Assembly (NCBI GenBank): GCA_043228905.1
Contig: JBHGNT010000012.1
Location: 6,634,001-6,698,000 of the forward strand
Reading direction: 5' to 3'
DNA from: Azolla caroliniana
Taxonomy: Eukaryota; Plantae; Polypodiophyta
DNA length: 64,000 nucleotides
The notes beneath the pieces are model-generated. The model saw only the letters and a list, made by a program, of their open reading frames with translations, made no database searches and was not told the DNA's origin. A program made the translations under genes and the position numbers. Shown in pieces: positions 47,122 through 60,489 of the stretch (its first letter is position 1; every line of letters starts with the position of its first letter).

Positions 47122-50100
47122 ATGGCCACAGTTAGCGCTCAGGAATATCAATCTGTTTTCTCGGAGTTTCAATGTCTAAAAGAGAAGTTCCTTGCTTTGG
47201 AACAAGAAAATCAATGGTTGCTGGGGGATCTTCAACAAATCTCCTTAGAAAAGCAGCAAACGCAACAACAACATGGGAAACTTGCATTATGCATGCAAGA
47301 ACTCGAAGCAACCATCGTAGCGATGCAACAACAAGGCCCCGGAACACAAGGGATTCATAAGGAACCCAAGATTGGCCTTCCCACGAAGTTCGATGGAACA
47401 CGATCACAGTTTTGAGGGTTCCTTAATCAGGTACGATTAGTTATTCAAATGCATCCTTCCCGATATCCTACCGATGCATCACGAGTGGGTTTATTAGGGA
47501 CGCTGTTAAGTGGCTCAACGTTGGCATGGTTCGCTCCACTGTTGGAAAAGGAGTCTCCATTACTCAACAACTTTGAAGATTTTATAGGTGAGTTTAAAGC
47601 ATGCTTTGGGGATACTGACAGCATAAGGACTGCAATCAACAAAATCCGGCGATTACGCCAAGGAGACCGTCCAGACTCTGCATATGCTGCAGATTTCCGT
47701 CTACTTGCCGCTGACATCCCTTGGGATGATCAAGCGCTGATGGAGCAATTTCGTTATGGTTTACGCAACGATGTCAAGGATTTACTCTTGACTTTCCCTG
47801 AAGAGCCAAAGTCCTTAATAGAAGCAATCAGTCGCGCGGTAAGATGTGATAACCGCCTCTTTGAGCGACGTTTGGAACGATAGCTATAGATGCCGAGGGC
47901 AAGATCAGAGCCCACCTACGCCTCAATGGTAGCAAAACCTTTACCTAGGGAGTACTATAATACGCCTCTAGTGAATACTCCGACTCCGATGGAGATCGAC
48001 ACTACACGTCGTCGAGGACCATTATCTGAAGAAGAAAAGCAGCGACGCCGAACAAATCGACTATGTCTCTACTGCGGTGGACCAGGACACATTGCAATCA
48101 ATTGTCCCCATAGGCCAAGAAGACAGGTAAACCAAATAGTTGTTAGTTCTAATTGTACTAAACCCGAGCCTATTACAGTAGGGATATCTGATAGTACTAA
48201 TAGTACTAATAGCCTAGATCTAGCGAACAAATTTGATGTCCTTAGTCAGTTAGAAGAAGAGTTAAACGACTAAGTCCAGCCAAAATAGGAGCCGTTTGGT
48301 TGGACAGCCCTAGATATGTGCAATCCATTAGTGGTTCCATTCCCTCTAAGCATGTTACCAATGTGTTCGTAGCCCAAGTAACAGTTAGTACTAAAAGTAC
48401 CCCTCCAGTACACGTCTTAACACTTCTAGACTCCGGAGCTAATTCTTGCTTTATGGATAGGAATTTTGCCCAAGCTCATCAAATATCTCTTAGAAAACTT
48501 CCGTGTCCAGCCTCTGTAGTCGTCATTGATGGTCGTCCCATTGCTTCTGGAAATATCATAGAAGAGTCAGAACCCGTTAATATTGTCCTAGATAACTTAG
48601 CATGTGTAGTATCATTTAACATTATTAGTATCCCAGAACATCCCATCATTTTGGGATTACCATGGTTCGAGTTACATAACCCAGACATAGATTGGAGAAC
48701 AAGAGAAATCCAGTGTCGACAAGCCCGAGGATCTACTCAGAAGATTGCCACCATTTCACTACATCAGTTGCGGGAAGAAGGACGCAAGGAAGAAATGTTT
48801 CTCTTCGCAATATCACTAAAACCCTCTGACACCATTAAAGAGGAGTCCACCGTTCAGCTTCCAAAGAAGTATCATCATTATGCCGATGTATTCGATAAAG
48901 TACGAGCCAATACACTTCCTCACCATCGACCATATGATTGCCCCATCGATTTACAACCGGGGAAAGAGCCACCTGGGGACCGATCTACAATTTGTCACCA
49001 ACCGAGCTAGAAGTCCTTCGAGCCTATATAGAGGAGAACTTGGAGAATGGATTCATTTGACATTCGAAATCTCCAGCTGGCGCACCCATTTTCTTCGTCA
49101 AGAAAAAGGATGGCTCACTTCGTCTGGTGGTAGACTACCGTTGCTTGAATAAAGTTACAATCCGCAATAGGTATGCACTTCCCCTTATCTCAAGTCTTTT
49201 AGAATGGATCAATGGTGCCCGGTTCTTCACAAAGATCGACTTACGAGGGGCCTATAACCTCGTACGGATCCGACCAGGAGATGAATGGAAGACCGCATTC
49301 CGCACTAGATATGGGCACTTCGAGTATACGGTCATGCCGTTCGGCCTCACTAATGCGACAACCGTCTTCCAGCACATGGCAAATGATATATTCCGAGATC
49401 TCTTGGATGTGTGTCTGATCATCTACTTGGATGATCTACTGGTTTATTCAAAGATCAAAGAAGAGCATGATTCTCATGTATTGTTAGTACTAAAACGACT
49501 TCGAGAACATGGTCTTTACGCAAAGCTAGAAAAATGTAGTTTTGGGTGCAACCAGGTGGAATTTCTCGGCTACGTCATTTCCTCAGAAGGCATCTCCATG
49601 GACCCAGCTAAGGTCAAGACGGTGGTAGAATGGTAGGCTCTACGCTCGGTGCGGGATGTGCAATGCTTTTTAGGGTTTGCCAATTTTTACCGGAAGTTTA
49701 TACAAGATTACTCAAAGCTCGTTCTGCCTCTCACGCAGCTTACCAGGAAGGGACAATCGTTCGTTTGGTCTGAAGAAGCAAATATGGCTTTCGAGAGTCT
49801 TAAAAAGGCATTTACATCGGCTCCAATTCTAGCTCATGTCGATCCGGAGCTACCATTCATTATCGAAGCTGACGCATCGGATTTCGCATTGGGGAGCATT
49901 CTGTCACAACAGGGGAATGATGAGAAGCTAGATCCTGTGGCTTTTCACTCACGCAAGTTTGACGCCGCCGAAATCAATTATGAAATTCATGATAAGGAGC
50001 TATTGGCAATAGTGGACTCGTTTATGCAATGGAGGCATTTTTTAGAGGGGTCCTCTCATCAAGTCACCGTATTCAGTGATCATAAAAACCTTGCCTACTT

Positions 50101-51831
50101 TCAGGATGCTCGAGTGTTAAATCGACGTCAAGCTCGGTGGGCCCACTTCCTCACGCGTTTCAACTTCAAAATTACATATCGTCCGGGGAAGCACCAAGGG
50201 AAGGCAGATGCATTATCACGACGTTCGTATCTAACACCGCATCCCGGCGAGCCGGCTTTTGATAACCAAAAGCAAGTAATCTTGGGACCGGCACGACTGC
50301 AAGCAACACAGGTTTTTGGCATGCCCATGGATTCCCACGTTATCAATATCATACGTGCGGACCTGAAGACAGATGCTTTCGCCCAAGCTATACTAGCACA
50401 GATTGATCCCTCTTGAGCGTCGTGTTCACAGTCACAACCACCAGGTACAGACTATCGGCAATTCAAATACCGTGATGGATTACTCTTCTTTAAAGAACTT
50501 TTGTATGTTCCTAATGGTTCTTGCCGCCTTCGAGTAGTACAAAATTGTCATGACACATATACAGCTGGGCATTTTGGTAGTACTAAAACATTAGATTTAG
50601 TACAACGATCATTCTGGTGGCCCCATATGCGACAATTTGTCGAAGATTTTGTTCGGACTTGTGATACATGCTGCAGAGCGAAAATGCCGAGGCATCATCC
50701 CTATGGTTTATTAGAGCCATTACCAATTCCAAGCAAGCCATGGCAATCCATTGCTCTCGACTTCATCATAGATCTTCCAGTCTCTAAGGGGTTGAATGCG
50801 ATTCTAACAGTGGTAGATCGATATACGAAGATGGCTCATTTCTTGCCATGTACTAAGGAAATCTCAAGTGAAGACACCGCCGAAATTGTCATGCGTGAAG
50901 TATGTCGGCATCATGGACTCCCCAATAGTATCGTCAGCGATCGTGGACCCCAGTTCGTGTCAAAAATCTGGAAGCACCTTTTTTAAATGCTCAAGGTCAC
51001 TTGTAACCTCTCCTCTGGCTACCACCCACAAACCGACGGCCAAGCCGAACGAACAAATCAAACGCTATCATTAGGATAACTGGGTAGATATTCTCCACTT
51101 CGCCGAATTTGCCTATAATAACTCTATCCACGCATCGACTAAAGTTTCGCCATTTTATGCTTATACGGATGGGATGTCACCCTCGATGGAGTGTACTTGA
51201 AACCCCAGAGGTGTCCATAAATCCTTGCGTGGAGGATCGTTTGGAGCAGTTACGCAAGATACAAGCATATTTATGTACTCATCTCCAGCAAGCTCAACAA
51301 ACACACAAGGTCTACGCGAATCGTCATCGACTTCCATCTAGTTTTAACATTGGAGATCGGGTGTGGCTGCTACGACGACACATCAAGACTACTCGCCCAT
51401 GTGAGAAGTTGGATTATCGGCGATTAGGTCCTTTCCGTATTATCGGGAAGATTAATGATGTCGCTTTTCGTCTTGATCTACCTCCTCAACTTCGGATACA
51501 TCCGGTGTTTCATAGTTCTCTCCTTGAACCCTATCATGAGAGCACCATCCCAGGGCGTATTATACAACCTCCATCCCCGATCGAGCTTGAAGATGGACCG
51601 GAGTACGAGGTTGCCGCCATCCTTGATTCCAAGATTGTTCGCAACAAGCTCTACTATCTAGTTGATTGGCTAGGCTATAGTCCCAACGAACGTACTTGGG
51701 AACCGATCGAGAATGTGACCAATGCTCGTGCGCTTCTTGAAGACTTCCATCAGCAATATCCACACAAACCGGGTCCTCCATCCAAAACGACTCGTGACAC
51801 TTGTCGTTTTAAAGGGGGGATAGTGTCATGA
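47122..51831 (+). pseudogene. gag and pol of the 46593 chromovirus, multiple stops
   Basis: [34 protein letters not shown], integrase, chromodomain. Confidence 0.93.
48261..48305 (+). promoter_or_regulatory. Putative -1 frameshift signal
   Basis: G TTA AAC, 6-nt spacer, stem GTCCAGCCAAA/TTTGGTTGGAC; -1 frame open into ORF 48300. Confidence 0.72.
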
Positions 51832-52135
51832 TATGGCAAGACTCGAACCCATGACCTTAGGTTATATGGGTCGAGCTCTTGACCATTATATCATCTATTG
51901 TAATATGTAGGATATTATTTTCATTTACATTTTGTTATAGGAAATCAATGTATATTCCAGATTTCTCTGGAACATTCTAGAAGCTTCAGGATTACTCCTG
52001 AGAACACTATAAAAGAGGGCACTAGGCATTATGTTGAACCAAATTGGTTCAACGCCAGTCTTTAGCCTCATAGCCCTTTTGTACTTACTCTTCTTATAAT
52101 ATATAATCTGTTATCATCATCTCTCGTCCTCGCTA

Positions 52136-52166
<31 letters not shown>

Positions 52167-55100
52167 TTCTCTTCCTCTCTTGGGAGTCTTACGCAGTCCC
52201 GTCCCCTTAGTTCTAATAGTACTTCCCTTCTCTCTCTGTTTAGTACTAATCCTATCTCTGTTTAGTACTATTCCTGACACCCGTTCCACCATGCTTTGGA
52301 GACTCTAGAGACACTCGAAGACTTCACTCTTCCGCTCAATGAGGTAGATCCATGTGTGCCGCGTATAGTTGTTGATGAAGGAGACGAAATATCGACTACC
52401 GCCAAGACTAACATTTTGTGCCGGTCCCCACACATCCAAATGGATAAGGTTGAGCTTGTTTCGGCTCCAGTTACGTTCGGTGGGGAATGGAAGCCGGTGT
52501 TGCTTCCCGAGTTGGCAGGCTTCACATACTTGGGGCTTCTGGTCGCTAAACTTCGGCAAACCGAAAACAACTTGTTTCGTTTGCAGGTCTTGAAGCCTCC
52601 GGTAATTGACGTGGCCTATCCACTTGTGCCACAGGTCGATGTCCCATTCGACCTTCTGTCCTTTTGCAAACAGAGCGGTGCCAATGTCATTGGTGTCGAG
52701 GATAAACATCCTCCCGTCTCTGCGCCCTTGCGCAATAATCTGGCCCTCTTCCTCGATGAAGCACTCGAGGTGCGTAAACTGCACCTGCATCCCTTGGCCG
52801 ACGATCTGTCCGACCGACACCAGGTTCTTCGTGATTGTCGGAACGTGTAATACGTTCATCAGCTTCCCCTTCTGTCTGACGTGGCTCAAAGGGACTTCTC
52901 CGATGCGCACAATTGGGTGAGGAGTGTCGTCTCCGGTTTCGACTACTCCTGGTTGATCCGGTTTCTCCAAAAAGGAGAACCACTCTTTGTGGTTCGTCAT
53001 GTGGTTCGACGCACTGTAATCAACATACCACACTTCCTCCGATTTGGAAGTGGTCTTCTTCATCGAGTTTGCCTCGTGCTTCATCACCAAGGCTGGCCCG
53101 TTACCGTTCTTGGATCCTCCCGATCCCATCGCATAGTGCGAGCTTTGCCGGCCATCCTTGCCGGCCATGCCGGATTCGCATTTGTCTGAATCGGCGTGTT
53201 TTCTCAAGCACTCGCTTTCTCTGTGACCCTTTTTTGCCAGAGTACCAGCATTACATTGTAGATTTGTCTTGCTAGCTTCCGGCACCGCATTGACTCCCCC
53301 TGCCTGTGGAAGTCTCGGAACTGCTATCGGCACGTTCTCTGTGCCTTCGTTCTTGCTCTTGCCGGCTGCCTCCATTGCGTGCCAACCCGCCTCGTCCACC
53401 ACGCCGACGGGACCGATCCACTTCCGTGTACAACATCCGGCTGTCAATGGGTGCGCTAGTTGACGCACCGACGTGGTTCTCCTCTACAAGGAGCATCGAC
53501 TGTAAGTCGAAAAATGACGGCGTATTCTCCCTTGTACATACCGCCGTTCGGAACGCTCTGAACTTAGACGCCAGGCCCCCAAGACAGACCAGTACCATCT
53601 CGTCTTCCTCCACGGTAACGTTGATAGAGGCAATCGAGTCACAAATCTCTTTGATCCGGGTCGTGTAATCCACCACCGACATGTCCTTCTGTCGGATATT
53701 GCTCAACTCCTATCAGAGTTGCAGCTTCCGGGCTGTAGTGCTCGCGGCGAAAACCTTCTTCAGGTTCCCCCAAGTGTCCTTCGGCGTCTTGGCGTCTCGG
53801 ATGTGGCTCAACAACTGGTCTCCGACACTGGACGCGAAGCAGTACATCACTCTGCTTGCCGATTGTTCCCACACTGGGAAGTCCTGATGTGCCGCATCAG
53901 GTGTTGTTTCGTTTGCTCCTTCGACAAAACTCCAGTAGCCATGCCCAAGCAGGTACTGGTGCATCTTATATGACCAAGATGCATAGTTGGATCTGTCGAG
54001 TTTCTCCACAGGGAGCGAGCTAGCCATCCCTCTATCCATCATTTGTCTGTCTTCTGTTTTACGACCTGTTAGGGTTTGCTTTCAAGCGTTTGTCGGTTAC
54101 AGAGGAGGTTCTCAACCCTCGCGCTCTGATACCATGTAAACGATTACTTGTGGAAGCGTTAGAAGTGTTAGAAAATAGAGAAGGTAGGGAATATATACAG
54201 AGTACACGGGAGAGATAGAGAGAGCAGAACTTCAAGTCTATATTCAAAAACGATAAAAACACTCTGTACATACAACTATGCTCAGTAGCATTATTTATAC
54301 AAGTCCTCGTGGGACTGACAGAAGTACCGCGTACTTCAATGCTCACACGAGCATCTGACACTTACTACGAGACTATAATTGCCTAGTAATCTACACTTGT
54401 ACTAGGCTTTCGGTTACTGATTGGATCCGGTAAACCGGCTCCCTAGCTCATCAGCTTTGTTGCTTGCCGGCTCGGTTGCTCACAGCTTACCAATCCGTCT
54501 CGCTTGCCAGCTCAGGCTTATTCAACCGATCCGGCAAACCGGCTCCCCAGCTCATCAACTTTGTTGCTTGCCGGCTCGGTTGCTCACAGCTTACCAATCC
54601 GTCTCGCTTGCCAGCTCAGGCTTATTCTGCCGATCCGGCTCCAGTTGAGCTTGCCGCTCAACACGAACTGTTGTGTGCGCATGGATGAATTCATCCTCAT
54701 TTTTCGTCCTACAGTCGATGCTCCTTATTGAGGAGAACTACGCGGGTGTGTTGACGAGCACGCATGCCGACATCAAGATGTTGTACACGGAGGGAGATAG
54801 GCCCTGTGGTCATGGCGGGCGAGGCAAGTCGGTGCGCAATGGAGGCGGCGACGAGATCAAGGAAGAAGGCACCGAAGTGATGCCGACAGGAATTCCGAAC
54901 CCTCCGAAAACAGGGGGAGTCAAGGCAATGAGAATCGGCATGGGAAATCCGTCGCGGAATGCTAGTACTATGGGAAGAAAGGACACAAGGAGAGCGAGTG
55001 CTGGAAGAAGTGCGCCGATTCGGGGAGGACCGGATCCGGATCAGGTTCTAGACAAACTAACAAGGGTAATCGGCAGCCATCGCACTACACCGAAGGATCC

Positions 55101-58012
55101 GGAAAAGCCGGGAAAGGGTCAGCCTTCGTGATGAGACACGAAGTGAACTCAATGAAGAAGTCCACCCCGAAATCGGACGAGCTATGGTACGTCGACTCCG
55201 GTGCGTCAAACCACATGATGTGCCATAATGAGTGGTTCTCATACCTTGAGAAACCGATGCAACCGGGAGTAGTCACAACCGGAGATGACACTCCGCATCC
55301 GATCGCGAATGTCGGTGAAGTTCCCTTGAGCCATATCGGGCAGAAAGCAAAACTTATGAACGTGTTACACGTCCCCACAATCACAAAGAATATAGTGTCG
55401 GTCGGGCACATCGTCGACCAGGGGATGTAAGTCCGGTTTACGCATCTTAGGTGCTTCATCGAGGAAGACGGCCGAGTTATTGTGCAAGGCCGTAGAGACG
55501 GGAGGATGTTTATCCTCGACTCTAGTGACGGTGGCACCACAATGTTCGCGAAAGGACAAGAAGTCGAGTCGGATATTGACTTATGGCATAGGCGGATAGG
55601 CCACGTCAACTATCAACGGCTTCAGGACCTGCAATAGAAACAAGTGGTGTTCGGATTGCCCAAATTTAGTGGCCGAAAGGCACGAATTTGTGAAGCCTGC
55701 CAACTCGGGAAGCAACACCGGCTTCCTTTCCCTAACGAGCATAACCGAAGCCGGAACAAGCTCGACTTGATACATTCCGATGTATGGGGGCCAACACAGA
55801 ATGTTAGCCTTGGCAGGAGTTGATATTTCATCTCCTTCATCGACGACTATACGTGGCACACGTGGATCTACCTCATTGAGAAGAAGAGTGAAGTCTTTGA
55901 TTGTTTCCGGGACGTCAAGAGTTTTGTCGAAAGGGAAATAGGAAGAAAGACCAAGTGCCTACAGTCGGATGGCGGAAAAGAGTACTTTTCCAATCAATTC
56001 AACGGGTATCTACAACAGATGGGAATTTGACACGAATTCAGTTGCAGATTTCGGCGTGGCCGAAAGGAAATATCGGTCGGTTGCAGATGGGAATTTGACA
56101 CGAATTCAATTTCGGCGTGGCCGAAAGGAAATATCGTTCGGTTGTGGAAGTGGTGCAAGCAATGCTGGAGGAGAAGAGCTTGCCCAAGTTCTACTAGGCT
56201 GAAGCGGTTCGGACCACGGTGTACATCCAGAATTGAAGCGGACACAAAGTGTCGGCACATGAGCTGTATTTCGGAAGGAAATCGAATCTACGACACTTGA
56301 GAGTTTTCAGTAGCATTGCGTATGTGCATGTGCCAAAGGAGAAACGAAGGAAGTTGGACGCGAAAGCCGAGAAGTGTATCTTGGTTGGCCATTCGGATGA
56401 GCAGAAGGGTTATAAGTGTTATAACCCTCGCACCAAACAAGCGCGTGTGAGCCGCAACGTTGTGTTTGATTAGTCCGTGTCCTGGTACTTGCCTCCGACT
56501 CTGGACCTCACCTCCAATCCGAGTTCTGACGATGAGGTCAGCGAGGTCGAGATGCCTCCGGATGAGCCTGAAATCGGGACCGGCGAAGAGAGTTCGATTT
56601 CATTTCGGTTAAGCGGACTGAATGGACGACTGAGTCGGTTCGACCAGTCTGATGATGGGCCGGCGAGTAGTGGAGATTCGGCCGTGCATTCCCCGTGCAG
56701 GAAGCTAAGGAGACGGCTTATGCGCAAGGAAAAAGGGAAGAAGAAGGTGTCGGATTACGACATGAATAGGAATGAGTCGGATCGACGCGAGTCCAACTCC
56801 AAGGGAGGTGATGGCGGGTCTTCCAGAGCAAAGTCCACGTCGGCCAAGAAAGCCTCAACATCGGCTAATGAGCAATTACGCCGATCTACCTGCCAGTAGA
56901 ACCCTGTGGTGCGGTTCGGTTACAACGAGTACATGGAGCATCACTATGCGTACATGACACGTGTAGCGGAAGTGCGTGAGTCGGAGAGCTACGCAGAAGT
57001 GGCAAAAGACGCGAATTAGCATGCCGTGATGGAGGAAGAGATGCGTGCATTGGCTGAAAATGAAACTTGGGACCTAGTTGACGCACCGAAATGTATGAAG
57101 CCGATCGGATGTAGATGGGTGTACAAGGTCAAGTACAACACTGACAACTCAGTCAACCGATACAAGGTCCAATTAGTAGCAAAAGGTTTCGCGCAGCAAC
57201 ACGACATTGACTACGATGAGACATTTGCACTGGTCGTGAAGATGACGATCGTCCGTGTTTTGCTCGCGGTAGCTGCGACAAAGGGGTGGCACTTACATCA
57301 GATGGATGTAAAGAATGCGTTCCTGCAAGGTGAGGTTGAGGAATAGGTGTACATGGTACAACCCCCCATATTTCACTCCGGAATGAACACCTCGTCGGTG
57401 TGCCGGTTGAAGAAGTCCCTTTATGAACTAAAGCAAGCCCCGCGTGCCTGGAATGCGAAGATCACATAACAATTGCGTCAGATGGGCTTTGCGACGTCAA
57501 AATTGGACTCCTCATTGTTCATCCGGAAAGGTCGACTCGGGCCGGTTAGTATTTTACTTTATGTTGATGACTTGGTCATCACCGGCGCCGACCTAGGTGA
57601 GATTGACCGTGTGAAGCTCCAGCTTGCGGCATCATTCGACATGAAGGATCTAGGGAACCTTCATTACTTCCTCAGGATCGTAGTGATTCGCACCCCCGAA
57701 GGCATACTGCTCAGCCAACAACATTACGTGCTGAGTATGCTCTTCAAATTCAGGATGGCTGACTGTAAGTCCGTCTCGACTCCTCTGGATAGAACCGTCA
57801 AGCTTCGCCCCGATTCCGGAAAGGTATGCGACCCGACGAGGTTCCGACAAATAGTTGGAAGCCTTATATACTTGACCATCACCCGACCAGATCTCAGCTA
57901 CCCGATCGAGGTGATTAGTTAATTCATGGCACAACCTACCAAGGAGCATCTTCAATGTGCGCAACGCGTACTGTGATATGTAAGCGGCACTAAGGATCGG
58001 GGGCTACTATAT

Positions 58013-58350
58013 CGGACCCCATAGTTGGTCGGTTACACCGATGCCGACTCGGACTGGGCCGGCAACGTCGCCGATCGCTGATCCACGTCCGGTTTTGCAT
58101 TCTCTCTTGGGAGTGCTGCGATCGCGTGTAGTAGCAAGAAGCAGCCGACAGTTGCGCTGTCGAGCACCGAAGCCGAGTATACAGGGACTGGGCCGGTTAC
58201 ACCGATGCCGACTGGGACTGGGCCGGCAACGTCGCCGATCGCTGATCCACGTCCGGTTTTGCATTCTCTCTTGGGAGTGCTGCGATCGCGTGTAGTAGCA
58301 AGAAGCAGCTGACAGTTGCGTTGTCGAGCACCAAAGCCGACTATACAGGA
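58013..58350 (+). repeat. ~165-bp tandem duplication in Copia D RNase H
   Basis: CGGTTACACCGATGCCGACT..GGACTGGGCCGGCAACGTCG at ~58030 and ~58194. Confidence 0.9.
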
Positions 58351-60489
58351 GCGGCTGTCGTGACATGCGAAGCCATATGGTTGAAGCGGCTACTTAAGGA
58401 TCTGCAAGTGGTGGTATCCGATCCAACTACAATCTACTGTGACAACCTCAGCAACATCCAGCTAGCAAAGAACCTCGTCTTCCACGCCTGGACTAAGCAC
58501 ATTGAGGTGCACTACCATTTCCTCCGTGAGCGTGTCCTCTCCGGTGAAGTCGAACTTCAGTATGTTCCTACAGATCAGCAGACCGCCGACATCTTCACCA
58601 AGTCTCTTGGTCTGGACAAGTTGCAACAATTCTTGGGTGCGCTTGGGTTGCGTCACCTTGACGTGCCGAACTTGAGGGGGAGAAACGTCCTGAATGACCA
58701 CGGAAGGGGGAGAGAAGTTCCGGAAGACTGCGACGCCGAGTCGGATGACGAATTCGATTTCGGATCGGCTGAAGGAGCCAAGGGCGAATCCGCGGAAGAT
58801 TCCGAAAGTGGACATAAGGGGAGCAATCAAAAGAAAGAGCCAAAGACAACCAAGCGTGGGGGAGATGAAGCCATCAATGGCGAGAAGACCGAAGACGAGT
58901 TGGAGACAACCAACTTGGACGAGAGTGAAAACCGATCGAAGGAAGCTGAGTGGGTTCGGATGTTTGATTCAGATATGTTGAATCAACCAAGGGCCAAGCG
59001 GAAGAGAAGGCAGTAGAAGAGGCGCCAACACCGCAACAACAAGGAAGCTGAGAAGGGCCGTGTGAGTAGACAAGCCGATCGGAAGGGTCAAGGCGCACGG
59101 GATCGAACAGGTCGAGGAGCGCGAGAAAGGGGTGAAGCCAGAAGGAACCAGAGTGTAGATCCGGAAGAGCAGATGGAACCTCAAGTTGAGCTTGAGGGGG
59201 AGTGTTGAGATACAAGCTCAACATTGGCCGGATCGGCTGTGCAAGCTGAGAACCGGATCGGTTGGGATCGATGCGTAAACCGGGTTCGTAAACCACGAGG
59301 CCGTTGGAAAGATATTCCGCGTAGGAATATAAGTTTAGGAGTTAGTGTAGAGCTTAGTTATGAGCATTGAAGTACGTGTCAGTACTTCTGTTAGTACGTA
59401 TGGACTTGTAGAAAAGTGCTCACTGAGCACATTCTATGTACAGATTGAGTATTATTTTGAATTGAGTTTCTGTGTCTTCTCTCTCTCTCTCTCTCCCCCG
59501 CGTACTGTGTATATTGAAGCTCTCCATTAAACCTGCTTATTTTCTGTGTTCGGTTTTCTACTTGCTGCCGCACGCTATTCTTTACAGTTTACAGTGTCGG
59601 GGAGGGTCAACTAGGTCCCATATGTTGTTGGCATTAAGTGCCCGCATTTCTTCCTCCATACCGGCACGCCAATTTGCATCCTTTGCCGCTTCTGCGTAGC
59701 TCTCCGGCTCACGCACTTCCGCCACCTTGGTCATGTACACATAGTGATACGCCATGTACTCATTGTACCCATACCGCTTCACGGGGTTCTTCTGGCGGGA
59801 AGACCGACGTAACTTAGCATACCTGGTTTGGGGCCCTTCTTGGCCGGTTCGGTCTTCGTTCTCGAAGATCCGCCTTCTTCCTTACCGGAGCAAGATCCGC
59901 TCCGATCTGACTCACCATTGCCGGTCTCGTGTTCCGACATCTTCTTCTTCCCCTTCTCCTTGCGGGTGAACCGTCTCCTCGGTTCCTTGCGCGGGGAGAG
60001 CACGGCAGAGTCTCCACTACTCGCCGGTTCATCATCTGACAGGTTTGTCAGATCCAATCGCTTGTTCGGCCCGATCAACCGAAACGATTCCGGACTCTCA
60101 TCTAGAGTCTCGAATCCTTCGTCTTCTAACTGGACCGGTTCAGGCTCACTAGTCTCATCCTCCGGTATCGGGTCGGGGTCGGAAGTCGGAGCCGGTAAGG
60201 CATACCATGATGCCCTCTCCTTCGTCCGGGGGTTATAAGGGTAAAAGCATGCGAGTGGAAACACTATTATAGCTAATTAGCTACTAAAATGGCCATAGCT
60301 AATTAGCTATTTGTTTAGCTAGTCTTTTTTGTGGGAAAATCAAATATTTGAAAAACTAATTTATGAAAAAACTCAAATATTTGAACTTCTGTTTCAGACG
60401 TAGTGGAACTTGGGGAATATCACCATCATCTAAGGTCGACTTCAATGTCATCAATTTCCTATTTAGCCTAAGTCTGATTTTGAACGCAG

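Larger units (their letters stand above)
46593..52279 (+). mobile_element. Full-length chromovirus (Tcn1-like, family of A), 5.7 kb
   Basis: LTRs 46593-47052 and 51824-52279 (~5 substitutions); TSD CCCGT; PPT AAAGGGGGGATAG; chromodomain. Confidence 0.96.
44124..54663 (-). mobile_element. Copia E, both LTRs, split by chromovirus
   Basis: LTRs 44124-44537 and 54135-54663 (latter has an extra subrepeat); TSD CGAAC; PBS 54122-54134; IN-RT deletion near 46280. Confidence 0.94.
43054..59586 (+). mobile_element. Copia D, both LTRs, split by Copia E
   Basis: LTRs 43054-43527 and 59203-59586; TSD GTTTA; PBS 43528-43540; gag 43629-44123 resumes at 54669; PR 55128, IN ~55580-56470, RT/RH 57026-58680. 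Confidence 0.94.
40653..60236 (-). mobile_element. Copia C (3' LTR 40653-41065), split by Copia D; 5' part not in window
   Basis: RH/RT 41594-43053 continues at 59592 (WDLVDPPRHCK|PIGCKWVYKV); LTR related to 44124-44537. Confidence 0.87.

Noticed and set aside
56016-56140. ~64-bp duplication in Copia D integrase (also the short duplication at 25743-25825)
   Set aside because: Local decay events that disrupt or add nothing to coding; absent from relatives.
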